A stretch of DNA of 54,806 nucleotides from Asterionella formosa (taxonomy: Eukaryota): positions 1 through 54,806 of the forward strand of contig NKIB01013611.1 of assembly GCA_002256025.1 (NCBI GenBank), in the 5' to 3' direction. Both the position numbers and the translations under genes were made by a program. Position 1 is the first letter of the stretch, and every line of letters begins with the position of its first letter. The notes under the pieces were generated by a model. It saw only the letters and a list, made by a program, of their open reading frames with translations. It was not told the origin of the DNA and did no database searches. Positions 10,112 to 21,300 of the stretch are shown here, piece after piece.

Positions 10112-13100
10112 CTACTTTGCATCATACCAGTTCTTGTACTCAAAAGAACCGTCCACTAACAATGGTACAGCTGTCTCAGTCAGTCCGAAAACCCAAGGAT
10201 GCTCCATACAATGAATGACTTCTTCAAAAGCTTCTGCAGCAGTCTCTTCTGGACCTTCCAAAATTACCTCATCATGGATCTGAAGCAATAATATCCATCC
10301 CAATCGCTTCAATTTCTCGCTGTTGTTAATCTTGATCATGGCCATCATAGCAACATCAGCTGCCCCGCCCTGAATGGGCGTATTAATGGCGGCACGCTCA
10401 GCATGACCACGAGCTTTCATTTCCTTGCCTTTCGCATCAGGAATATGTCGGTAGCGACCCATCATTGTTCGAGTTATGCCTTTTTCATTGGCAAATTGCT
10501 TTGTTATACTTTGCCATTTCAGCACCTCGGGACGAGCATCGTACCATTTTTGGAGTGTTTTTTCGGCCTCGTCCTTGGAAATACCCCAGTCTTTGCTCAG
10601 CCCAAATGCAGTCTTTCCGTAGGCAATCGAGAAATTCAGGGTCTTCGCTTGTCGCCTCTCGGAAGCAAACATGTCCTTTAATAGAGGCTTCGGTGGAGTT
10701 CCTTTTTCGTAGTCCCATTCTAGCAGACAATCGCCATCTTGGACGCTCTTTCTTACATAGTCATACATATCGATAGCTGTTCGGGAGTGAAAATCTCCGC
10801 CAGCCTTGAAAGCGTCAATCATGGATACGCATTCTGTTAAACTTGCCAATAGTCGAAGTTCCAATTGGCCGTAATCTGCTACGATCAAATTATTTCCCGG
10901 CCTCGACTGAAATGCTTGTCGAATCTTGTACGTGTCCTTCTCGAGAGCAGGCTGGTTCTGTAGATTTGGTCGTCGTGAGGACAATCGACCAGTTTCGGTA
11001 TTGAGATTAAGTGAACAATGAACTCGGCTTTGTTCATCGGCAAGGCTCTGCAGGCTTGAGAGAAAATTTGTAATCATAGTATCTATGGAGCCAATAGCCC
11101 CTAGACTATAAAGAGCCTCACACGCTTCCCTTCCTTCATCCACCGAGTCAAAGAACTTCATGGCAGTTCCATATTTAGGCCTTTCTCCCAAAGGGTCCCC
11201 AGCCAGAGTTTTGATCACATCGGAAGTCACACTAGGAGCTCCACCAACTGTGAATTTTTCGGGGATCATTCCAATGCTGGTAATAGTTACGTCGACAAAT
11301 TTTGAGCCAATAGATCTTTTCGCATTTATCGCTTCAAGAGTTCGTTGAAGGTCTTCATTGCTTTCTGCAATCTTCTTGAGTGCTTGGCCAATGATTTCGT
11401 AACCGTTGCTACCTTCGGATGAAGACCCTGAACTTATTTCAAAAGCATAGGCACTATCCTCTTTCAACCAATCTCTAAGCTGCTTCGCTGAGCCCACGTA
11501 ACTATGCCCAGCTGTTTTGCATCTATCTTGAAGCTCTTCCAAACTCATGGTATCGAAATTTTCAATTTGCCTCTCAGGAGGGGCCAAAAAAAGACCACGG
11601 AGGCGTTCTTGTAACTCCGCCTTCTTTCCGTTTTGTTTCAAGCCATTTATTTTGCAGAGAAGTTTAAGATCAGCAGCAGTCATAGCCTCTAAATAATCGT
11701 CAGGTTCAGCAATTATTGAGCCTGTTGCTCTTTGTCGGTCACTGTCATAGGCTGCCAGTGCATTTTCCGGAATTTCCTCTCTAGGAACCTTGAAGCTACG
11801 AACTCTTTCAGTACCTTCTTTTGTCTTTGAATTTTTGGCCCCACCAAACAGGAATGTTGATAATTGGACTGAGCTCGCCGGGTTTAACGCAAGGCCGTCT
11901 GTTCCAATTTTTTTTGCGGCCCACTTTTGGAATGCCTCCAAATGGCGGGATCGGTCTTTTCGTGCTTGTACTTCAACTGCCGCCAAGTAGTCTTTAGCGT
12001 CCACCTGGATTCCTCGTCGCTCCATATCTGTCAAAACTTCACCAAAAATCCGCATGTACATCTCATAGTATTCAAACAAATTTTTCCCCTTTTGCCATTT
12101 TGTCAGAGCCAATTTGTCTTGGAGCACTTGACGAAGCATCCACGTGCTCTTGGCATCATAGCAAGAGTACTTGATCCATTCTGTACGAAATTGCGGATTT
12201 CGCTGCAAAACTTCCACAGGTGGAATGTCTGCCAATGCCCCTTCTGTGCCGTCCTTTTTGATTCTCTTGACGCCAAAAATCTCTTTCATGGGCACTTTTC
12301 TTCTTTCCAAATAGTCCGATGTCAAGGCTTCCAAGGAATATCCATTCCCTAGTCCAATTTTTGAGCGACTCGTATCTAGCAATCTTGCCATGTGCATTGT
12401 GTCACCGCCAAATCCACGACAATCAATCCCTTCATTCCACATGACATGCCGATCAAAGCCATAATTGTGCCAGACCTTCTTGAACCTCTCATCTTCAAAC
12501 CAGTCTTTAAATAGTTGAAGTATCCCAGCTGAGTCGTCCAAATTATCGATCCACAGCTCCATTCCTGCGCCAAATCCGTAATCAAAATCAGGCCCACTGT
12601 AGATACTTACACACGTGACGTATCCGTTTCCAATCGGTCCCTTGGTCCCTAAATCAATGGCCATGACTTCTGTATCACAAGCATGATATAAGGACGTGTC
12701 CGCAGCGTATAGATTTTCCAAGACAATCTTCGCCTGTTCCTTTGTGCGCACAAGCACCACATCAGGAATCACCAAGTCGTCTACAGGAAAGTATCCCTCG
12801 TCACCTGGACCGAGTTTGACCAACGGCGCAAGGTGCTTGGCGGTTTCCAGCGAACGTCGTCCAAAGTTAGCAGCCCATCTGAGGGGATCGGCGGGATTCC
12901 AGTTGCCTCCAGGTATTGGCTTCGATTTAAGATCAGAAATGTCGAATGGAGTGTTGGTCCGAGCGGTCGCGGCTGGTTCGATCAGGGTGACAGCCATATA
13001 ATCAGGCAGGTCAACATTTGTAGTGGCAGAGTGCATTGAGGGCTCGTCCAACGTTTCCTCCTCGGCGTATGCTCCGAGCTCCGAATCAATGTCAAAACTG

Positions 13101-13405
13101 GTGACCGAATCGTCCGCATCGAGCCTCGGCTTTCCTTGCTTGTAGCGTCCGTCGTCGTCCATGACACTCAAGGAAGCGATGTCCAACATGGCTGAATGCA
13201 GAGTCGCGAGGTGACGGTGGAAGGACGGGTCAGCGCGGCAGGTCCGATGTATAGCCTGAACTGACAATGGTTGCCTGCACGACAGTCGAAGAGCTTGTCG
13301 CATCATGCTGCTACTGTAGGACAAGGCTTCCGTCGAGGCAATAATAAGGGCGGACAGCAAGAGGACGAGTCTGGCCGCAATTGTGGGAGGGGAAAGCGTT
13401 GACAT
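10112..13405 (-). CDS. Organellar DNA polymerase I-like (POP, family A) with 3'-5' exonuclease domain
   Basis: HACDTEV, KVWHNYGFDRH, TETGRLSSRRPNLQNQP, ADYGQLELR, AKTLNFSIAYG, QIHDE; N-terminal targeting peptide; no intron. Confidence 0.95.
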   Translation of the reverse strand: MSTLSPPTIAARLVLLLSALIIASTEALSYSSSMMRQALRLSCRQPLSVQAIHRTCRADPSFHRHLATLHSAMLDIASLSVMDDDGRYKQGKPRLDADDSVTSFDIDSELGAYAEEETLDEPSMHSATTNVDLPDYMAVTLIEPAATARTNTPFDISDLKSKPIPGGNWNPADPLRWAANFGRRSLETAKHLAPLVKLGPGDEGYFPVDDLVIPDVVLVRTKEQAKIVLENLYAADTSLYHACDTEVMAIDLGTKGPIGNGYVTCVSIYSGPDFDYGFGAGMELWIDNLDDSAGILQLFKDWFEDERFKKVWHNYGFDRHVMWNEGIDCRGFGGDTMHMARLLDTSRSKIGLGNGYSLEALTSDYLERRKVPMKEIFGVKRIKKDGTEGALADIPPVEVLQRNPQFRTEWIKYSCYDAKSTWMLRQVLQDKLALTKWQKGKNLFEYYEMYMRIFGEVLTDMERRGIQVDAKDYLAAVEVQARKDRSRHLEAFQKWAAKKIGTDGLALNPASSVQLSTFLFGGAKNSKTKEGTERVRSFKVPREEIPENALAAYDSDRQRATGSIIAEPDDYLEAMTAADLKLLCKINGLKQNGKKAELQERLRGLFLAPPERQIENFDTMSLEELQDRCKTAGHSYVGSAKQLRDWLKEDSAYAFEISSGSSSEGSNGYEIIGQALKKIAESNEDLQRTLEAINAKRSIGSKFVDVTITSIGMIPEKFTVGGAPSVTSDVIKTLAGDPLGERPKYGTAMKFFDSVDEGREACEALYSLGAIGSIDTMITNFLSSLQSLADEQSRVHCSLNLNTETGRLSSRRPNLQNQPALEKDTYKIRQAFQSRPGNNLIVADYGQLELRLLASLTECVSMIDAFKAGGDFHSRTAIDMYDYVRKSVQDGDCLLEWDYEKGTPPKPLLKDMFASERRQAKTLNFSIAYGKTAFGLSKDWGISKDEAEKTLQKWYDARPEVLKWQSITKQFANEKGITRTMMGRYRHIPDAKGKEMKARGHAERAAINTPIQGGAADVAMMAMIKINNSEKLKRLGWILLLQIHDEVILEGPEETAAEAFEEVIHCMEHPWVFGLTETAVPLLVDGSFEYKNWYDAK

Positions 13406-14002
13406 GCAATTCGAAACCTGGGTCAAGAGAGTACGATGACGATGGATCTTGGAAATTACGGATCAATGTTGAAGAAATGCAACAATACCAGGTAGAGCAA
13501 ACGAGTGATTACGGACGGTAAAAAGGATACCTGGTACGGTTTTCTAGACGATGATGAGAATACCGGTACCGGTAGTATCGTAATAAGTATTCCCAATAAT
13601 AAGTCTAACTGTTGGAAGCACATTTGTGGTGCGCAAGAAGGCAATGCATATAAGAATTGCATGATAGGAAGTCGCGTGGTTCGATTCTTCCCCGTGACTT
13701 TTCTGATAAATGAATTGTTGTCCTCAGACTCCAACTCCACCATCAGCAGTCCTACTATTATTTAAATGCTGTACCAGGCACACTACCAGTATTGCTTTGG
13801 AACAGGTAACTGGTTTCTGGTACATGTTACCTGGTACCAGGGTACCAGGTACTGTGCTCGCTTGTGGTATCTGGTACCGGGTACCAGGTACCTGGCACTA
13901 AGGAAGAGGACCAGTGCTGGTTTACGCAGCAATGCAAGAACACGTTTAATACATAGACCACCGACAAAAATATGTTTCTTTCATTTAATTAGTTTTTGAA
14001 GT

Positions 14003-14740
14003 ATGAACTCCGCTGCTGACCCCTCCGTCATGGAAGCTATAGACCGAGGGCACTGCGTCGTCTTTCTTGATGTAGCCCTTGGTGAAGGAGCACAAGTGGC
14101 GGAAGTGGGCCGCATCAAATTGGAGCTGTTTGTGAATGATGTGAGTGGAGAAGAATCCTTCGTTCCTTGTTGAATTGCACTGAATGGATCAGATTGCTGA
14201 CCCATATTTGTTTTCCTTTCTTTTGTAATATACAGTGCCCCAAGACATGCGAAAATTTTCGACAGCTGTGCACTGGTGAATATAGAAAAAATGAACAACC
14301 CATCGGATACAAAGGGTCAGCTTTTCATCGCGTCATTAAAGACTTCATGATTCAGGTGCGTTCAGAGTGCAGGGACACAGGGACAAATGCATCACTATTC
14401 CCATAGTCACTCACCCGTAGTCTTCTAGGGAGGGGACTTTGTCAATGGTGATGGAACTGGGAAAGATTCAATCTACGGTGGGCCCTTCAAGGATGAAAAC
14501 TTTCTTCACAAACACACTCAACCGGGCATGTTGTCCATGGCGAATAGTGGGCCGAATAGCAACGCCTGCCAATTTTTTATTACCACGGCTCCAGCTGAGT
14601 GGTTGGATGATAAGCATTGTGCCTTTGGCAAAGTCCTAGATGCAGCTAGTATGTTGGTGGTGCGCAAGTGTGAAGCTGTGCCCATAAATGGCCAAAAGCC
14701 GAGAATACCATTGAGAATAGTGGAATGTGGCGAGTTGTAG
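14003..14740 (+). CDS. Cyclophilin-type peptidyl-prolyl isomerase, PPIH-like; exons 14003-14140, 14236-14355, 14429-14740
   Basis: [59 protein letters not shown]; both introns GT-AG, phase 0. Confidence 0.92.
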
Positions 14741-14910
14741 GTACTAGCATACCGGTAGTGTACTAGTTCATCGGCAGAGTAGCATTAAGAAATATTAATT
14801 AAGGTTCCGTTCCTACATTGGGAGGAGATAGAAATTGTGATGCAGCTGATTATATAAACAACACGTTCACCGAAAGCGTTTACTTTCCATTTATGCCAAC
14901 GTTCACTTCT

Positions 14911-15677
14911 TTATTTTGTCTTCTTCCCTGTAGAAATAACTCTCGATCCCTTGGCAAACATCAACATCGCTTCATCTTCATCAATTTCAGACTCTTCCTG
15001 AGCCTTTTGAGCCTTCTTTTCTTTCTTAGTCATGCCAGCCTGTTTGGCAGCTGCTTTTTTCTCTTGGGCCAATCTTATTTCCAGCTTCGCAAGTTGCTTA
15101 CGTTGTTTCTTTGCAATCTCTTCTTTTTTGCTTGCGTCTGCATTACCTTCGTCACCCACTAGTTCCTTTACAAAGTCTTCATCCAACACTTCGAGTTTGG
15201 CATCAGAGTCTGTACCGAAATTCCAAATCGAGGCAAGAGCACTTGGTAAGTGCACATATATATATATTTTTTTACATGTAAGCCAATGAACAAACACACA
15301 ACAGTCAAGTACCGGTAGGCAAATGAATCAAAAACAATAGTTTACTTACGAGCTTTGACTCTTGCTTTCAGTTGATACACAACAACAAGAATTACAAGTG
15401 CAGGCAATCCATACTGCAGAGGGATGTATTTGAAAAATGCCTAAATTCGCAAAAGGTTAGCAATTACATCCAGAAAGAATTTAAAAATATCCGTTGCGAG
15501 CTCGATTCTCGAAAAAAGATACCATCACATCCAAATAGCCGGTACCAGTAGTTTTATTGGTTCAAAAAGCATTTGTTTGAACGCTTCACTCACATACAAA
15601 GAGCACACCAGAATTAATGGCATGGAGAACGCCAGATTCTCTGTTGTTAGAAAGATGTTGTTGTTTGGTTCGGGCAT
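14911..15677 (-). CDS. Small hypothetical membrane protein with charged C-terminal tail; exons 15677-15594, 15440-15350, 15209-14911
   Basis: Splicing at GTGAGT/GTAAGT donors gives a continuous ~157-aa frame with two hydrophobic segments and a Lys/Glu-rich tail. Confidence 0.65.
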
Positions 15678-16329
15678 GGTGAAGGGAGTTTTGGGGTCTA
15701 CGCTGGATGATTTATTGGCTGCGAGTGACAACAATGATGCCTGGTTAATTTCGTGTTTGTCGTGAAGAATTACCGGAATATAGGAAGGTACCTGGTACCA
15801 GTACCTGGTGGAGTACCAGGGTACGCACCTCCTCTCCTCTCTGATAATGAAATTGTATACCAGTAGTATGCTACGGAGTACATGTAAATGCCTGTATAAG
15901 TAGCGGTGAGTGAGATTGTATGTATGTATGTATGAGAACGCAATTCGGAGTCGTTGGAGTCGAATTCCAAGTGCGACTTCACAACCACCACCACAATTGT
16001 CGAGTTCTTTAAGAAATAGTGTTGAGTAAGTATGTGTTAAATTCCTTACACCAGTAGCAGTACACGTTTGTACACGCTGCTGGTGGATGCTATAGTCTTT
16101 CTTTTAGACAAGTCAAATGTAGACAGCAATGTTTTCCTTCCTTATTTTATTGTGAGCTTGCTTATAAAACTATAAATCGATTTGCAATCGATTCAACTCC
16201 ACTTATTTCAGATCAGTTGGAGCTTGGATCTTTTGTCCAAACTTTCATATAGATAACCAAGTAATGATAATGATCTGTTCCTGATCATTCAATCATTCTT
16301 TTACTTCATAAAACATATAGAATATTATT

Positions 16330-17170
16330 TTACTTACATTGTCAGCAGCTCCAATGGCGACGACATTAATTGTATGTTTGTCTTCATTAACATTAGTTCA
16401 AATATTTCTTCACCGGAAATAGTTTCTCTGTATAATACTGACGACATGTACATTGATGGAATGCTGTTAACCCTAACTCAAATCATCCTAGATTTTGTCT
16501 TTCTCCTCATTCCAGCAATCCATTGTCCCAATGCCATTTCTATTGTTTGTATCCACAGCTGTGAAAGAATGAAGTTAAATGCATCCTGTGTTGGATAATA
16601 AGGTAATAGTGAACCAGCAAAGGGAACAAGCATCACATCAGACAATATGTATCCTGCATCGCTGACCAGATCAAAACCTGTATCGAATGCTGCAACATAA
16701 TCGAAAATGGAAGTTTGTTCAAAAGTTACTTAGTCACTGCATCTTCCAGGTGCAATCACACCAAAATAGATAAACCTTGAGTAAGCATCGAAACAGCCTG
16801 GACATTGATTCCATAAGTCATATAGTGACCTGAAAAAAGCACACAGACTGTTGGCACTTTGGACAAAAGTTTGGCGGTTGATTATGGCTAGGAAGCCGGC
16901 AATACCAGCAACTCATCCTCTTATTAAGCCTTTGGAGTTTTTGAACTGAAATTCATAGGCCAATTTAATAAAGTCTTCTCTTTCCTCTGGAAAAACAACC
17001 TTTAATCCTTCACAATTGAGCACAGCATCAAGGAAAAGATCACGGCATCGATAAATTGAAGCAATGTTACAACTGTAGCATGTGGAACGTCAATGTAACT
17101 GCCACCAGACAGCCATCGCAAACCAATTTCGGGAATTGTGTGATACAATTTCATTGGAGAATGGAGGAAA
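16330..17170 (-). mobile_element. Decayed PIF/Harbinger-like transposase with stops and frameshifts
   Basis: Minus-strand fragments IGLRWLSGGSYID, FSGHYMTYGINVQA, YFGVIAPGRCSD*, LVSDAGY, DAFNFILSQL, IEMALG match DDE_Tnp_4 motifs. Ends approximate. Confidence 0.85.
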
Positions 17171-18332
17171 TTCAGTTCAAATTGACTTACTGTTGCTGAT
17201 ACATTTAAAAAACTTCAAATGAAGTGATACATGATGAAAAATGATAAGAATGGCCCTTATTCCTGCCTACAATTATTTTAGTCCAGACATCATATAATCT
17301 AGTCTACATACATCCTATTATGGGAGTTCTAAGTACTGGTAAGCTGCTGGCTACAATCATATCTGTAACAGATACGCACATGCTATGCTATGTGCTATTC
17401 ATGACGTATACATGACAGGCAAGGATTAACCACCACAGAATAATACTGGTGGTGAACAATTTCTGTTGCCGTACTACGGCCAGATCCACGTACACATTCT
17501 GTGCATCGCAGAAAGTTACGGGCTACAGGCGCCAGGTACCAGGTAGTTTGATACCTATGTATGACAATACATAGTTTTTACCTTGGACATGGTACCATAC
17601 CGGTACCAGGTACCATCTTGCAACCGGTCGCTGGAAGCTGTAAAACCCTTTTTAATTAAGCCAAGATAAATCTAAATATCTCGATAACCAGACCTTCCCT
17701 TGCACCTGTAGCAGCTCCATAGGCAGATCCGGTAAATAACGGTTGTCACTACTAAGAAAACCAAGCTAAATACCGGTACCTGATTTACCGCAACTTGCAT
17801 TTTTCCACCAAGTGCAGGTTCGGTAAAAGACGGTTCCAACTACCAAGAAAAGAGCTAAATATCTCATGTACCTCAACCCTAACATGGGTGCCGGTTTTTT
17901 CCAGGATGCATGTCATGTACATACATGCGCACCGGTACACAAATCGTATGGAAGTGGCGGAACAAAGATATTTCCCCTGCCCTGATGTTGCTCCCTCACA
18001 TCGTCATAGCCAGCCAGTATTAACTCTTGGCTGAAATTTCGCAAGTGGAGAAAGGCAGAAAAAGATGCGCTTGCATCGGTTCGTTCTTCTGTCAAAATCA
18101 TCCAATTCCGTTGCTGTGACCCTACGTATAGTCACACATCCAGAGTTCTCGCCTTGCAGGTTTTGTTGATTCCATTCATCCCAAACACTTAGTAGTCCAT
18201 CTTTGTGTTCGCTCGCCGATATCTCAGTTATTTCCCCATTGGAATAGCGTTTAAACGGAGCCATCAGCACTCTTCCTGCATCGAAATAGCCGATAGGTCT
18301 GAGATACCACAGCCAGCGGCAGAAGAAGCATA

Positions 18333-21300
18333 ATGCGATTTTCTGTACTAACTGTCATTGCAGTCTTGACGCCAGCGAATGCCTTCGGGCCTCACTTCGC
18401 ACTGAGTAGCAAGCGCCTCGCGGTCACCGCGCCATCTGTCGCAACGTCAACTGCCACAAACAGATGGACCAGGGACCAGGGCTTTCGAACAGCCCTGAAC
18501 ATGGCGTTTGAAGGGACGCCAAAGACCTCCAACATGTTTGACGGGCCAGGACCTCTGGTCAGAGAGCGAGACGCTTGTGGAGTCGGTTTTATTGCCAATA
18601 CCAAGTCAGGAGGTACGTCACGGCTTCAGTACAAGATGCAGCGCCGCTCTTAGATCACATATCAACTAACTAGATTCCGTATTGCCCTTCGCTTTCACTC
18701 TTGCCTACCACGACGTATGACTCGTTACAGACGAGTTTGGGACACACAAGGTCCTTCAAGACGGCATTGCCGCTCTCACGTGCATGGAGCACCGCGGTGC
18801 GTGTGGCGGAGACGGTGTTTCCGGCGACGGGGCCGGTGTCATGACACAAATCCCCTGGAAGCTCTTTTCGGAATATCGGTCCGAGAATTGCCCTCGACCT
18901 GGGGTGGGCATGGTTTTCCTTCCACGAGACGAAACACGTCGAAACTCTGTCAAAAAAGTGATTGAAGATGTATGCCGTGCCAATGAACTGGACTTTGTTG
19001 GGTGGCGTCAAGTGCCAGTTGATCCAACCGTATTGGGAAGGATGGCGCGATCCGTCATGCCAAGTATTTGGCAATTCTTCGTCAAGGCGCCAGCTCGTCT
19101 TCGTGACGATGACGCGGAAAGAGATGGGTTTGAACGAACACTCTACTTGGTACGCCGTCGTTTTGATGTGGAACGCAAATTGAGGGGATTGGTGTGGAAT
19201 GACGACGACTGTGAAGCGTATGTGGCTTCGTTTAGCTCACGCACTATCGTATATAAGGGTATGGTGCAGTCAGCTGTCTTGCCACGTTTTTACAAGGATC
19301 TCACAAATGAAGACTACACTACCAAGTTTGTTATCTATCACCGACGTTTTTCGACCAATACCAGCCCTCGGTGGCCTTTGGCACAACCCATGCGTGTGGT
19401 CGGACACAACGGCGAAATCAACACTCTTTTGGGAAATGTGAATTGGATCAAGGCTCGTGAAGCCGCCAAGGGACTTCCCATTGGGTCGGAATTTGATGTT
19501 GACGAGTACACATTCCCGATGATGAACAGTGACACAAGTGCCGGTGACGTCCGGGATTTGGTAGACTATGATTCTACACTGAACATTGTCACCATGTGCA
19601 ATACTCAAGATATTCCTTCGGTTTTGGAGCCTCTCATTGACTTGAACCGATCCGATTCAGCCAATCTTGATGCCGTCTTCGAGCTCATGTGCAGGTCTCG
19701 GCTCCTTGCTCCATGTGCATTGATGGCCCTGGTGCCGACTGCATATGAAAACAACCCAGATCTCAAGGACTATCCTGAAATTGTTGACTTTTACAAGTTC
19801 CATGGAGGCATTTTGGAAGCTTGGGATGGACCTGCGCTTTTGGTATTTTCTGATGGAAAATCAATTGGTGCATCTTTGGATCGCAATGGTCTTCGCCCTG
19901 CTCGTTATTCCATCACAAAGGATGGAACTGTATACATGATGAGCGAGACTGGTGTCATTCCTGACATGGATGAATCTCTTATTATTGAAAAAGGACGTCT
20001 TGGGCCTGGTCAAATGATTCATGTTGATTTAGCCACTGGAGAGTTCAAAGGCAATCTCAAGATCAAGTCAGAAATTGCCAAGCGTAAGTAGCACCTGCAG
20101 AGTAAACTGGAAGTCTGCATAAGTGGGAAAGGTGGACTCAATCATTCTGATTTTTTCATTAACAGGTCATCCATACGGTGAGTGGATAGCCAATCAGCGA
20201 AAGGAAGTCAAGAAAATGGATTTTGCTCCTGAACGTATCTACGACGATGTAACTGCTACTTTTGCTCAAGGCACCTTCGGATGGGGTCTTGAGGATATTG
20301 GCATGCAGATTGCGGATATGGCGGGATCTGCCAAGGAGACCACGTATTCTATGGGCGATGATGCTCCGTCTGCGGTCTTGTCTGTGAACCCGCAGCCTCT
20401 GTACAATTATTTTAAGCAGCGATTTGCCCAAGTTACCAACCCTCCTATCGATCCGCTCCGTGAGGGTGTTGTGATGTCGCTTGGTATGGCTCTTGGAAAG
20501 AAGGAAAGTATCTATCGGGTTTCTGAAAAGGGGGCTCGCCTTATCCACCTTGATTCACCTGTAGTCAATGGCCCCGAGATGGACCTGATTAAATCCTACG
20601 AAATTAACGGAGGATTCAAGCATGGTACTCTCAGCACTCGGTTTGATCTTGCCGATGGTCCCGATGGCATCAAGGCCGCTCTTGATAAACTTTGTGACGA
20701 CGCTGTAGAACAAGTTAGTAGCGGTGTAGAAGTTCTTATTTTGAGTGACTACGCTGAGAATAAAGGCGTGCTTGAGGAGACAACCTATATTCCTCCTCTA
20801 CTCGCAGTCGGTGCCGTCCATCACAGACTGATTGAGCGTGGACTTCGTATGGACACCGGTATTATTGTTGAAACTGGTGGAGCCTGGTCCACACATCACT
20901 TTGCTTGTTTGGTTGGATACGGTGCCAATGCTGTTCATCCATACCTCGCTCTGGAAACGGTTCGTCAGTGGCACGGACAAGAGAAAATCCAGAAGATGAT
21001 GGAGGCCGGAAAGCTTAAAACCACTACCCTAGCGCAAGCCCAAGCCAACTACCGTGTTGCAGTCGAAGATGGGCTCAATAAGATTTTGTCAAAGATGGGT
21101 ATTTCCTTGTTGACTTCTTATGCCGGAGCACAAATCTTTGAGGCCATTGGACTAGGAGAAGAGGTGATTAACTATAGTTTCAAGGGTACGACCAGTCGTA
21201 TCGGCGGTATGTCGTTGTCGGAGATTGCGTCAGAGACTGTAATGATGCGCCCAGAGGTTGACTCTGCTAAGATGAAGCTCATCAACTACGGGTTTTACAA

